64,000 bases of DNA, from contig JAFBAP010000036.1 in the NCBI GenBank assembly GCA_019247695.1, positions 27,086-91,085 of the forward strand, in the 5' to 3' direction. The DNA comes from Verrucomicrobiota bacterium (GTDB lineage: Bacteria; Verrucomicrobiota; Verrucomicrobiia; Chthoniobacterales; JAFAMB01). How positions within the stretch are numbered: position 1 is the first letter of the stretch; each line of letters starts with the position of its first letter. The notes beneath the pieces were generated by a model. The model had not been told where the DNA came from and searched no databases. It saw only the letters and a program-made list of their open reading frames with translations. The translations under genes and the position numbers were made by a program. Below, one piece after another: positions 54,134 to 63,410 of this stretch.

Positions 54134-57100
54134 ATGGATGCGCAAACTGCACCTACACCATCCCGCCAGGAGCTTCTCGACCGGGCTACGACTCACGAAA
54201 CAACCCCGTTCGATTATATAATCGTCGGTTCCGGCGCGGGCGGAGGGCCACTCGCTGCGCGTCTGGCGCGCGCCGGCAGGCGCGTTCTGGTTCTCGAAGC
54301 CGGCGGGGATCCCGCGCTGCCGGACGCAAGCATGGGCGACCCGCCGTACCCGACGGTGATTGACCCGAAGAATTTTCGCAAGGTTCACCAGGTGCCCGGC
54401 TGCCACGCCGCAGCCACCGAAGATCCCGAGATGAGCTGGGCCTTCTCGGTCCGGCATTATGCGAACGACAAACGGCAGGAACAAGACAGCAAGTACAACG
54501 AGAAGTACGATCCATCCAGAAACGGCGGCACCGGCAAGGGAGGGATCTGCTACCCCAGATGCGCGGCTCTGGGCGGTTGCACCGCCCACCATGCCATGAT
54601 CATCATCGCTCCTAACGATCGGGACTGGGACGAGATCGCGGAGCTTACCGGCGATGATTCCTGGGGGGCGGAACAGATGCAGGGATACTTTACCCGCCTT
54701 GAAAAGTGCCTCTATCGATCGGCCTATCAGAAATATTTCCAGCGCATCCTCGTCTGGATTTACGGAGCCTTGCGCTGGCTCGTAAGATTGATTAACCCCC
54801 ACGCCGTTCAGGACACCGGTGGCCACGGGTTCGACGGCTGGCAGCCGACGAGCTTTATCAATCCGGACCTGGTAGCCAAAATCGGGGAGGGAGACCGCAC
54901 CTTCCGGCAGGTTCTCCTCGAAGCTGCCGCGTCTTTTCTGGGCCGAAAGCGCACCGTTCCGCTGCTGAAACGCGCCCTGGCTCAATTGCGACTGTTGGAG
55001 TTCCTCGATCCCAATGACCGGAACAATCGCCGGGAAAAACCCGAAGGTATTGCTTTCATTCCGATCGGAACCGATGGCACCAGGCGCGTCGGCGTGCGTG
55101 AACGACTGCTGGAGACGTGCGACCTGCTTCCCGACCGCCTGGTCATCAGGACCGGCGTCCACGCAACCAGAATTCTCTTCGAAAACGGGGGCGGTGAGGT
55201 TCCGCGCGCGATCGGGGTAGAGATAGCTGAAGGCCGGCACCTTTATGACGCAAGCGAGAAGGCGAGGGTAGACGCCACGAGCGTGCCTCGCCGGCGTTAC
55301 TTCGCAAGTCAGGAGGTAATCGTCTGCGGCGGCGCCTTTAATACACCGCAATTATTGATGCTTAGCGGAATTGGTGAGGTTTCCCATCTGGACAAATACC
55401 AGATCACCAAGCTCCGCGGCGAGGATGGGACGACGGAGATCGCGCCCGCCATCAACCTTCCGGGCGTAGGTCTGAATCTCCAGGACCGCTATGAAGTCAG
55501 CGTGGTCAGCACGCTGGGCGAGGAGTTCTCCACGCTGAAGGGCGTGTCCTTTGACCCCGATGATGCCCAGGACCCGGCACTCCAGGAGTGGTTGAGGACG
55601 GGCACCGGCCTGTACACGACGAACGGCGGTACGCTGGCAATTATGAACCGCTCCGGAGCCGAACCGCATCCGGAACCTGATCTCTTCATCTTCGGCGCTT
55701 CTGCCGCCTTCCGCGGCTACTATTGGGGATGGTCAAAAGAGTTGCTATATCGCACGGCAGGTGCGGGAGTGACGCAGACTGACCTGTGGAGCTGGATCAT
55801 CCTTAAGGCGTACACCCATAACAACGGCGGAACGGTTCGTTTGCGATCAGACTCACCGTTTGACCAGCCGGAGATTATTTTTGCCTCGTTCAGGGAAGGT
55901 CCGGCCGGATGGGAGAAGGATGTCCAAGCGCTCGCTCATGCCGTCAAGTTGGTGCGCAAAATCAACGGACATCCCAAGACACCGTTCAAGGATGAAGTCC
56001 AGCCGGGAAAAGATAAGGCGGATGACAGCAATCCTTTGAAGGACTGGATTCAGAATGAAGCCTGGGGACATCATGCCTGCGGCACGTGCCGCATGGGTTC
56101 AGACGCCTGGCAAGAGGACACGAGCCGGCTTTGCGATAAAAACGCGGTGCTCGACAGCAGGTTTAGGGTTCACGGGGTTCGAGGGCTGCGGGTGGTGGAT
56201 GCCTCTGTATTCCCAAAAATTCCCGGCTACTTCATTGTCACACCCGTCTTCATGATCAGCGAAAAGGCGGCGGACGTCATCCTCGCCGATTCACAAGCGT
56301 ATCCCGGCGCGTTGGCGAGCAAGGAAGCTGCCGCCATTCATGAGCGGAGAGAGAAAGCCAGGGTTGTTGCCAGCATTCCGGTCCCGAAGCGCACCGCGGC
56401 GCAAGAGCCTGGTACCGCTCCGGCAGGGGTTGCAGGGCCGGTGCCCGGTGCGCAAAGGCGCTTACCCGCCGACACGGTGGGATTGGCCTTTTCCGGCGGC
56501 GGCATCCGGAGCGCGACGTTTTGCCTCGGGGTGCTGCAGGCTCTGGCACGCAAAGACAGACTCCGTCACGTCGACCTCCTCTCCACGGTTTCGGGGGGCG
56601 GTTATACCGGCGGGTTCCTCGGCAGGCTCTACACCAGGCTCACAGGCGATATTAAAGACAAGGCCGGGCGCGTCCAGGACATCTTGAAAGACCCGAGTTC
56701 GGCGGAAATCCAATGGTTGCGGTCGTACGCCAACTACATCGCCGGGGCCGGTCTGACTGATCTGCGACAAAACCTGGCGGAATTCTGGCGGAATTTGTTT
56801 GCGGTGCATTTGGTTATCGGCACCCTTTTGCTGGTCGTCTTCGGCGGCCTGCGATGGCTTGCGAATGCCATCGGGGCTCACCCGTTTTCTTATCGCCCGA
56901 TGCTTGGAAACATTCCCCTCAGCCCGTGGTGGTGGCTGCCTGTCGCGGTATTCGCCTTGGCAATTCTTCCCACCTCGCTTGGCTTCTGGCTGGCTCCTAG
57001 GCCGGGAGCAGCCGGTCCGCACCCGTTCTACCCTCTGCTCGCGTGGATGATCCTTCTTGCCGGGGCGATCGCCGCGTTGACCCTGCCCGGCGCACTTCCG

Positions 57101-58921
57101 TGGGCCGGCAGCGCCATCGCCGTGCTCATTTTGGCGTATCTCTGGCAGGAAGCGGCGCGGTGGAGCCCGCCGGCAGGCACAAAGGCCACCGAGCGGGGCA
57201 TCGTGATCCGTAACCGGCTGACGCGCTCGATAGGTGAGGTCTTGTTAATCTTTGTCGCAACCGTCCTGTGGGTCATGCTCGATACGCTCGCCCGCAGCGC
57301 CGCCGCGAACGGCTTGGCGATGACACTGACAAGCATCGTGATGGTGCTCGGCCCCTTTTTACCCTTGCTAAGAATCATCGCCGTGAAGCTGAGCCATAAA
57401 TCGAATGCTCATCCGGCGGGAAGCTCCACCAGCTTCGACTGGATGGCCGCGCTCCTGGCCTTTCCCCTGGCGGGTTTCCTTTTGTTTGTGGTCGGTGTTC
57501 TGGTGCATACCGCATTCGATGCAGGACACAGGATTGGTGTGTGGATGTTCTTCACAGCCCTCGCCTTTTCCCTTGCCATCGGACGTGCATTCAGCTTTCT
57601 AAACTTATCCACGCTTAATGCCCCCTACGCCGCGCGCCTGACGCGGACGTTCCTCGGGGCTTCAAATCCCGACCGGATCTACAGGCCCGGCACGGCGACG
57701 CCCTTGGAGGTAGACCTGGCGCATCCGGGGGATGACCTGTTCTACCACCAGTACCATCCCGAGCAACATGGCGGCCCGTTGCACCTGATTAATGTCTGCC
57801 TCAACGAAACGACCGATGTAGCGGCGCAGCGCGATATCCGCGAGCGCAAGGGACTCGCAATGTGCATCGGACCACAAGGAATCAGCGTCGGCCGCCGGTT
57901 CCATGCGTTGTGGGTTGATGCAAGCAACGCCGGCGCCGGGATTGAGCAGCGTGCGGTGCATCGACTGGAAAAGAACGAGGCTTACCACCCAGGATACAAA
58001 ACGGCCCTGGAACCGCTCCCGGCCACCGCGGATCCGAGCGGCTTTCATGTATTCGGCCGGAAGGATGGAAAGCCGGCCGCAGTTGAGTCGGTACGGCTCG
58101 GGCAGTGGATTGCCATTTCGGGTGCAGCAGTCAGTACCGGGTTGGGCCGTGTCACCAGCCTGCCTATATCCCTCCTTCTAGGCCTCACTAACGTTCGCCT
58201 TGGCTATTGGTGGAATAGCGGCATCGCCACGGGCGAACGGCCTGGACGTTATCCCATGCCGCTGTGGCGGCGCATCAAAACGCTGCCGGCCACGCTTTCG
58301 CGAACCCAAAGCACGATCCTGGACGAGTGGCGAAGCTATTTTACCGGTCCTTCCCGCCGGCTCTGGTACCTGACGGACGGCGGGCACTTCGAACTTTACG
58401 GCGTTTACGAACTGGTTCGCCGCCGGGTCCCGTTTACCATTATGGTGGATGGGGGCGAGGACCCGACCTATCGATTCGACGACCTTGCCTTGCTCACCCG
58501 CTTGGTACGTTTAGACTTTTGCGCTGAAATCGTGTGGCTTGACCCTACCGCGGCCCGGCAGGCAGGGAAGGCGGGCTGGCCGGCGCTGGACATTGCCGGG
58601 GCGCCGTTCATGATCCCAACCTGGATCAAGGGATGGCTTGACCCGGACGCCCTCGGCCCGCGGCAGACCCTTGCGCGCACCAGTTCGCACCATGCCGCGC
58701 TGGCCAGGATCACCTACTCCGACGCGCCCGGCCAACCCGGTTGGCTGCTCCTGGTTAAAGCCGGCCTCACAGGCGATGAACCGGTTGATGTGCTCCAGTA
58801 TTCGGCGGCAAATCCCGCCTTTCCAAACCAGTCGACAGCCAATCAATTCTTCGACGACGCCCAATGGGAGAGCTACCGGATTCTGGGCGATCACATCGGC
58901 ACGGAGCTGTTTACCGGCTGA
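54134..58921 (+). CDS. Fusion protein: GMC-family FAD oxidoreductase (N) + patatin/cPLA2-like phospholipase split by a polytopic membrane insertion (C)
   Basis: It is a single uninterrupted 1595-codon frame. GMC part: DYIIVGSGAGGGPLA .. WGHHACGTCRMG .. LRVVDASVFP (to about 56290). A Pro/Ala linker follows. Lipase part: FSGGGIRSA (GGG at 56495-56503), TVSGGGY (Ser codon 56591-56593), about 8 hydrophobic segments (about 56780-57610), then WYLTDGGHFELYG (Asp codon 58376-58378). Confidence 0.85.
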   Translation: MDAQTAPTPSRQELLDRATTHETTPFDYIIVGSGAGGGPLAARLARAGRRVLVLEAGGDPALPDASMGDPPYPTVIDPKNFRKVHQVPGCHAAATEDPEMSWAFSVRHYANDKRQEQDSKYNEKYDPSRNGGTGKGGICYPRCAALGGCTAHHAMIIIAPNDRDWDEIAELTGDDSWGAEQMQGYFTRLEKCLYRSAYQKYFQRILVWIYGALRWLVRLINPHAVQDTGGHGFDGWQPTSFINPDLVAKIGEGDRTFRQVLLEAAASFLGRKRTVPLLKRALAQLRLLEFLDPNDRNNRREKPEGIAFIPIGTDGTRRVGVRERLLETCDLLPDRLVIRTGVHATRILFENGGGEVPRAIGVEIAEGRHLYDASEKARVDATSVPRRRYFASQEVIVCGGAFNTPQLLMLSGIGEVSHLDKYQITKLRGEDGTTEIAPAINLPGVGLNLQDRYEVSVVSTLGEEFSTLKGVSFDPDDAQDPALQEWLRTGTGLYTTNGGTLAIMNRSGAEPHPEPDLFIFGASAAFRGYYWGWSKELLYRTAGAGVTQTDLWSWIILKAYTHNNGGTVRLRSDSPFDQPEIIFASFREGPAGWEKDVQALAHAVKLVRKINGHPKTPFKDEVQPGKDKADDSNPLKDWIQNEAWGHHACGTCRMGSDAWQEDTSRLCDKNAVLDSRFRVHGVRGLRVVDASVFPKIPGYFIVTPVFMISEKAADVILADSQAYPGALASKEAAAIHERREKARVVASIPVPKRTAAQEPGTAPAGVAGPVPGAQRRLPADTVGLAFSGGGIRSATFCLGVLQALARKDRLRHVDLLSTVSGGGYTGGFLGRLYTRLTGDIKDKAGRVQDILKDPSSAEIQWLRSYANYIAGAGLTDLRQNLAEFWRNLFAVHLVIGTLLLVVFGGLRWLANAIGAHPFSYRPMLGNIPLSPWWWLPVAVFALAILPTSLGFWLAPRPGAAGPHPFYPLLAWMILLAGAIAALTLPGALPWAGSAIAVLILAYLWQEAARWSPPAGTKATERGIVIRNRLTRSIGEVLLIFVATVLWVMLDTLARSAAANGLAMTLTSIVMVLGPFLPLLRIIAVKLSHKSNAHPAGSSTSFDWMAALLAFPLAGFLLFVVGVLVHTAFDAGHRIGVWMFFTALAFSLAIGRAFSFLNLSTLNAPYAARLTRTFLGASNPDRIYRPGTATPLEVDLAHPGDDLFYHQYHPEQHGGPLHLINVCLNETTDVAAQRDIRERKGLAMCIGPQGISVGRRFHALWVDASNAGAGIEQRAVHRLEKNEAYHPGYKTALEPLPATADPSGFHVFGRKDGKPAAVESVRLGQWIAISGAAVSTGLGRVTSLPISLLLGLTNVRLGYWWNSGIATGERPGRYPMPLWRRIKTLPATLSRTQSTILDEWRSYFTGPSRRLWYLTDGGHFELYGVYELVRRRVPFTIMVDGGEDPTYRFDDLALLTRLVRLDFCAEIVWLDPTAARQAGKAGWPALDIAGAPFMIPTWIKGWLDPDALGPRQTLARTSSHHAALARITYSDAPGQPGWLLLVKAGLTGDEPVDVLQYSAANPAFPNQSTANQFFDDAQWESYRILGDHIGTELFTG

Positions 58922-58946
58922 ACCCCTGCCGAGCATAATCATGCCC

Positions 58947-60236
58947 TCAATTCGATGCGTCTTCCGGGTGGGGAATGACCAGGGCGGCGATCAGACCGAG
59001 CAGTGCCGCAAATGACATCCACACCGCCGGCATAGCCCGGTTCCCGGTGGTGTGAATAAGATAGGTACAGATCGCCGGAGTAAACCCGCCCAGAAAAGCC
59101 GTCGCGAGACTGTAAGCGAGCGAGAATCCGGTGGTGCGGACGTCTGCCGGCATGATCTCCGTCAAGGTTACCACCATGGCGCCGTTGTAGCTTGCATAGA
59201 CAAACGACAGCCAGAGTTCCACCAGCAATAAGCGCCCGAAGGATGGCTGCGCGGTCAGCCACAGCACGGCCGGGTAGGCGGTTAACAACGCCAGCACCGT
59301 GAAAATGATTAAAAGGCGTTTCCTCCCGAATCGATCCGAGACGGAACCCATAACCGGCAGCCAGATGAAATTGGAGAGCCCCACGCACAACGTGACAATC
59401 AGGCTGGCCACGGACGTAAGGTGGAGTTCGCTTTGGCCGAAGGTCGGCGTGTACGCGGTAATCAGGTAGAAGGAAACGGTGGTCATGGCCACCAGCATGA
59501 CGCCCGCCAGCACGATGGTCCAATTGGCGGCCAGGGTGCTGATGATCTGGGACATAGTCGGGTGACGCTTGCGCGCCTGAAAGGCTTCGGTTTCCGCCAG
59601 CGATCGCCGCAACAGGAAGAGCAGGGGAATGATCAGGCAGCCGACCAGGAACGGAACGCGCCAACCCCAGCGGTCCATCGTAGGTGGCGGGAGCAACTCG
59701 CTCAAAATGACCCCCAGCAGCGCCGTCACCATCACCGCCACCTGCTGGCTCGCTGACTGCCAACTGACGTAGAAGCCTTTGTGGCCGGGCGTCGCGATTT
59801 CCGCCAGGTAGACCGAAACACCCCCCAGCTCCACTCCTGCCGAAAACCCTTGCAGCAGCCGGCTCAAGAGAATCAGCAACGGCGCGAACAAACCTATCGT
59901 CGCGTACCCGGGCAAGCAGGCGATGGTAAGGGTCCCGATTGACATCAACGCCAGCGTCAGAAGGAGGCCCGCACGCCGGCCATACCGGTCGATGTACGCC
60001 CCAAGGACAATCGCGCCGACCGGCCGCATCAAAAACCCGGCCCCGAAAGTCATCAATGACAACATCAGCGAAGCGTACGGGTTCTCGACGGGAAAGAATG
60101 TGCGCCCGATCGCTCTGGCGTAGTACCCGAACACAATGAAGTCATACATCTCCAGGAAGTTGCCGCTGGAGACGCGGATAACATTCTTGATCTGCGCGAT
60201 CCGATCGCTGCCGGACGGACGGTCGATGGTTTTCAT
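58947..60236 (-). CDS. MFS transporter, metabolite:H+ symporter (MHS) family (citrate/tricarballylate/alpha-ketoglutarate type)
   Basis: 429 aa. [17 protein letters not shown] and [18 protein letters not shown] are typical MHS N-terminal motifs. Its start overlaps the acyl-CoA synthetase stop by 4 nt. Confidence 0.85.
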   Translation of the reverse strand: MKTIDRPSGSDRIAQIKNVIRVSSGNFLEMYDFIVFGYYARAIGRTFFPVENPYASLMLSLMTFGAGFLMRPVGAIVLGAYIDRYGRRAGLLLTLALMSIGTLTIACLPGYATIGLFAPLLILLSRLLQGFSAGVELGGVSVYLAEIATPGHKGFYVSWQSASQQVAVMVTALLGVILSELLPPPTMDRWGWRVPFLVGCLIIPLLFLLRRSLAETEAFQARKRHPTMSQIISTLAANWTIVLAGVMLVAMTTVSFYLITAYTPTFGQSELHLTSVASLIVTLCVGLSNFIWLPVMGSVSDRFGRKRLLIIFTVLALLTAYPAVLWLTAQPSFGRLLLVELWLSFVYASYNGAMVVTLTEIMPADVRTTGFSLAYSLATAFLGGFTPAICTYLIHTTGNRAMPAVWMSFAALLGLIAALVIPHPEDASN

Positions 60237-61912
60237 TCCGGGAAGTTTTCTTCTCGATATTCGAAGGCCGGCCGTATTCCATCCTGCACATTAGCCGCCT
60301 CAAGGTGGCGTAACTCAACGCGGCGGATCTTGCCCGAGATCGTTTTCGGCAGGTCTGAAAATTCGATTCGCCGGATGCGATGGAACGGCGCGAGCGTTTT
60401 ACGGATATGCTGAAAGATCGAGCGTGCGGTCTCAGGTGAAGGCTCGACGCCCGGCCTGAGCATGACAAAAGCCTTGGGCACGGCCAGCCGGACAGGGTCA
60501 GGCGAGGGGACCACCGCGCATTCGACCACGTCGGGGTGTTCGATCAGCGCGCTTTCCAGTTCAAAGGGGCTGATGCGATAGTCGGACGCCTTGAAGAGGT
60601 CGTCGGCCCGGCCCACGAACGCAAGGTAACCCTCGGTATCGCGCGACATGACGTCGCCTGTCCGGTGAACCTGCCCGACAAGCGGGGCCAGGGTGCCATC
60701 CTCTTTCTGGTACCCGGGCATGAGCCCCACGGGGCGCGGTTCGAGCGCGACGCAGAGTTCACCTTCGTTCGCCTCCCGATCGGAAAAATCCCGCAAAACC
60801 AGCTTGAAACCGGGCAGTGGTCTGCCCAGCGATGCCGATTTGGCGGGCTGCGCCGGAGAAGTGCCCGCGACGGCGGTGCTTTCCGTCTGGCCGTAACCCT
60901 CACGGATGGTAAGTCCCCAGGCGGCCCGGACCTGGTCGATGATCTCCGGGTTGAGCGGTTCGCCGGCGCTCACCACCTCGCGCAGGTGCGTCTTGTAATC
61001 AGTGAGCGGCTGGGTGACCAGCATTCGCCACACGGTGGGCGGAGCGCAGAAGGTCGTCACCTTTGCACGGGCAAGCGCTTCGAGCAGCCCGCGCGCGTTG
61101 AAACGCGGCTGGTTGAAAACGAAGATCGTCGCCTCGGCGTTCCAGGGCGCAAAAAGACAGCTCCAGGCGTGTTTTGCCCAGCCGGGGGATGCGATCGTGC
61201 AGTGTACGTCGCCGGGACGCACGCCGATCCAATACATGGTTGAAAGGTGGCCTACCGGGTAGGTGACGTGGGTATGCAGCACGAGTTTCGGCTTTGAGGT
61301 CGTACCCGAGGTGAAATAAAGCTGCATCGGATCCTCGGCCCGTGTTTCTGCCTCCGGCTCAAAGTCGGCCGGTGCACCGTACCCATCCTCGTGCGCATGC
61401 CACGCCGGCGCCGGGCCTCCGACCACCACGCGCGTACAGGATGTCCCGAGGTGTTCAAACCTCGAAACGCAATCTGCGGCACACACGAGGTGGCGCACCC
61501 GCCCCCTTTCCAGGCGGTCAACCAGATCGTCCCGGCTGAGCAGGGGTGCGGTCGGCAGAATCACGGCCCCGAGTTTAATCAGGGCTAGAATCGCCTCCCA
61601 TAAAGGCGGAACGTTTCCCAGCATGAGCAGAACACGATCGCCACGCCGAATGCCAAGGCGCCGGTAATGGTTGGCGACCCGGGAAGACCGTTCGGAGAGT
61701 TCGCGAAAGGAAAGAATCGTTTCCGTCCCGTCCTCGAAGGCAACCCAGAGCGCTGGTTGCTCAGCCCTTTCGCCGGCCGCAATGCGATCAAACCAGTCAA
61801 GGGCCCAGTTGAAGCGATCCAGCTCGGGCCACTGGAATTCCCGGCAGGCAACCTCATAATTCGTACGATGCGCGAGGAGGAAGTCTCGCGCTGCTTTGAA
61901 TGCATCCGGCAT
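60233..61912 (-). CDS. AMP-forming acyl-CoA synthetase (medium-chain ACSM/MACS-like)
   Basis: 559 aa. The AMP-binding motifs are [31 protein letters not shown] and a C-terminal [10 protein letters not shown]. Confidence 0.9.
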   Translation of the reverse strand: MPDAFKAARDFLLAHRTNYEVACREFQWPELDRFNWALDWFDRIAAGERAEQPALWVAFEDGTETILSFRELSERSSRVANHYRRLGIRRGDRVLLMLGNVPPLWEAILALIKLGAVILPTAPLLSRDDLVDRLERGRVRHLVCAADCVSRFEHLGTSCTRVVVGGPAPAWHAHEDGYGAPADFEPEAETRAEDPMQLYFTSGTTSKPKLVLHTHVTYPVGHLSTMYWIGVRPGDVHCTIASPGWAKHAWSCLFAPWNAEATIFVFNQPRFNARGLLEALARAKVTTFCAPPTVWRMLVTQPLTDYKTHLREVVSAGEPLNPEIIDQVRAAWGLTIREGYGQTESTAVAGTSPAQPAKSASLGRPLPGFKLVLRDFSDREANEGELCVALEPRPVGLMPGYQKEDGTLAPLVGQVHRTGDVMSRDTEGYLAFVGRADDLFKASDYRISPFELESALIEHPDVVECAVVPSPDPVRLAVPKAFVMLRPGVEPSPETARSIFQHIRKTLAPFHRIRRIEFSDLPKTISGKIRRVELRHLEAANVQDGIRPAFEYREENFPE

Positions 61913-62001
61913 GAGAGTAGGGGCTCCGTTTCCCTGCCGGCGGGTCTCAGAATGACAGCCTCGTTTCGCGGTCAGGGGGGCTATCTGGTAACATCATCCG
62001 A

Positions 62002-63408
62002 TTGTCCAGGAATTTCACAAGCGCGTTTAAGGCGTCACTCGAACGGATCATGGACCGGGTCCGCGATTGTTTGGATTCTCGCCGCACTCAGGATACAGGT
62101 AAGGCGAACATGCACGAAGCCGCATCATCCGCTAACCTCCGGACAAAAGTCGCAGATCGGAACCTGGTTCACCTCGGGCTCATCATCACCTTCGGCATTT
62201 TTGCCACCACGCTCCCTCAGCCGCAGGTATTGGGCAGGCTCCCTTTGCAATTTCTCCTGAAGAATGATGCCGGCGTCACTCGTGAGCAAATGGCGGCGTT
62301 CTTTTTCTGGTGCGGGTTGGCCTGGTACCTGAAGCCGTTTGCCGGTATTCTCACCGATGCGTTCCCGCTTTTCGGGACTCGGCGGCGGTATTACCTGCTG
62401 ATCAGCTCGGCGCTGGCCTGTGCGAGCTGGATCGGCATGACTTTCCTGCCGCCTAAGTACGACGCCCTGCTCTGGGGCGCCATGATCGTGAATCTTTTCA
62501 TGGTGATGGCCTCAACGGTGGTCGGTGCATTTCTCGTCGAGGCAGGCCAAAGCATGGGCGCCACCGGCCGCCTGACGGCCCAGCGCGTGTTAGTATCCAA
62601 CGTTTGCAGTCTCATTCAGGGACCGCTCGGCGGCTTGTTGGCAACCGTAGGATTCATGTGGGCGACCGGCGCAAACGCGGCCGTCGTGTTATCAATCTTT
62701 CCAGTCGCGTACATCTTCCTAAGGGAGCAGAGCGTCGCCAAAAGCCGGGGTCACGAGGTTTTTCACAACGCCGGCCAGCAGCTGAGGACCATTTTCCGCT
62801 CAAGAAATCTCTGGATGGCATTGCTGTTCATGGCGTGCTTCTACTTTTCACCCGGGTTTTCGACGCCGCTTTTCTACCGGCAAACCGACGAACTGCACTT
62901 CTCGAAGCAGGCCATCGGAAATCTCGGCATCTTCAGTGGCGCCTTTGGAATTCTGGCGGCAGTCGTATACGGCCGGCTGATCAAGCGGGTCCCGATCCGC
63001 ATCATACTGTTCATCGGGGTCGTAACGGCGGCGGTTGGAACGCTTCTTTACCTTTTCTATTCAACGTGGACGCGGGCGATCCTCATCGAATCGCAGAACG
63101 GGTTCTTTTTTACCCTCGCCGAACTGGCCTTGCTGGACCTTGCGGCACGGGCAACGCCTGCGGGATGCGAAGGCCTCGGGTACTCCCTGATGCTTTCGAT
63201 CCGCAATGTCGCCGTCTTCGGCGCCGATATCGTCGGCTCGCACCTGGCGGACCACCAATGGCCGTTCGCCAGCCTCGTCCTCCTTAATGCGGGCACGACG
63301 GCGATCGTAGTGGTTCTCCTGCCGTTGCTGCCTGCGGCGTTGATGCGCAGCAAGGATCGGGCCGCAGACGCAGCGGCTGCCGAGGCCGCCCCGGTGCCGG
63401 AAGGATAG
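62002..63408 (+). CDS. MFS transporter, folate-biopterin transporter (BT1)-like
   Basis: It has about 12 TM segments. WYLKPFAGILTDAFPLFGTRRRYYLLIS resembles the BT1 signature (KP..G.LSD..P.FG.RRR.Y). The start is uncertain (62002, 62050 or 62110). Confidence 0.6.
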   Translation: MSRNFTSAFKASLERIMDRVRDCLDSRRTQDTGKANMHEAASSANLRTKVADRNLVHLGLIITFGIFATTLPQPQVLGRLPLQFLLKNDAGVTREQMAAFFFWCGLAWYLKPFAGILTDAFPLFGTRRRYYLLISSALACASWIGMTFLPPKYDALLWGAMIVNLFMVMASTVVGAFLVEAGQSMGATGRLTAQRVLVSNVCSLIQGPLGGLLATVGFMWATGANAAVVLSIFPVAYIFLREQSVAKSRGHEVFHNAGQQLRTIFRSRNLWMALLFMACFYFSPGFSTPLFYRQTDELHFSKQAIGNLGIFSGAFGILAAVVYGRLIKRVPIRIILFIGVVTAAVGTLLYLFYSTWTRAILIESQNGFFFTLAELALLDLAARATPAGCEGLGYSLMLSIRNVAVFGADIVGSHLADHQWPFASLVLLNAGTTAIVVVLLPLLPAALMRSKDRAADAAAAEAAPVPEG

Positions 63409-63410
63409 AT

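Noticed and set aside
53378-55351. 657-aa ORF on the - strand
   Set aside because: It is antisense across the junction of the dihaem and GMC-patatin genes, has no motifs, and is Arg/Gly/Pro-rich.
33089-58921. Antiphage defence island (Avs-like STAND NTPase plus patatin effector, CBASS-like)
   Set aside because: I considered this because STAND NTPases and patatin lipases are common defence parts. However, the STAND proteins carry kinase rather than nuclease, protease or TIR effectors. There is no cyclase or other defence signature. Most neighbours are redox enzymes of lipid metabolism. I kept it as a minority alternative only.
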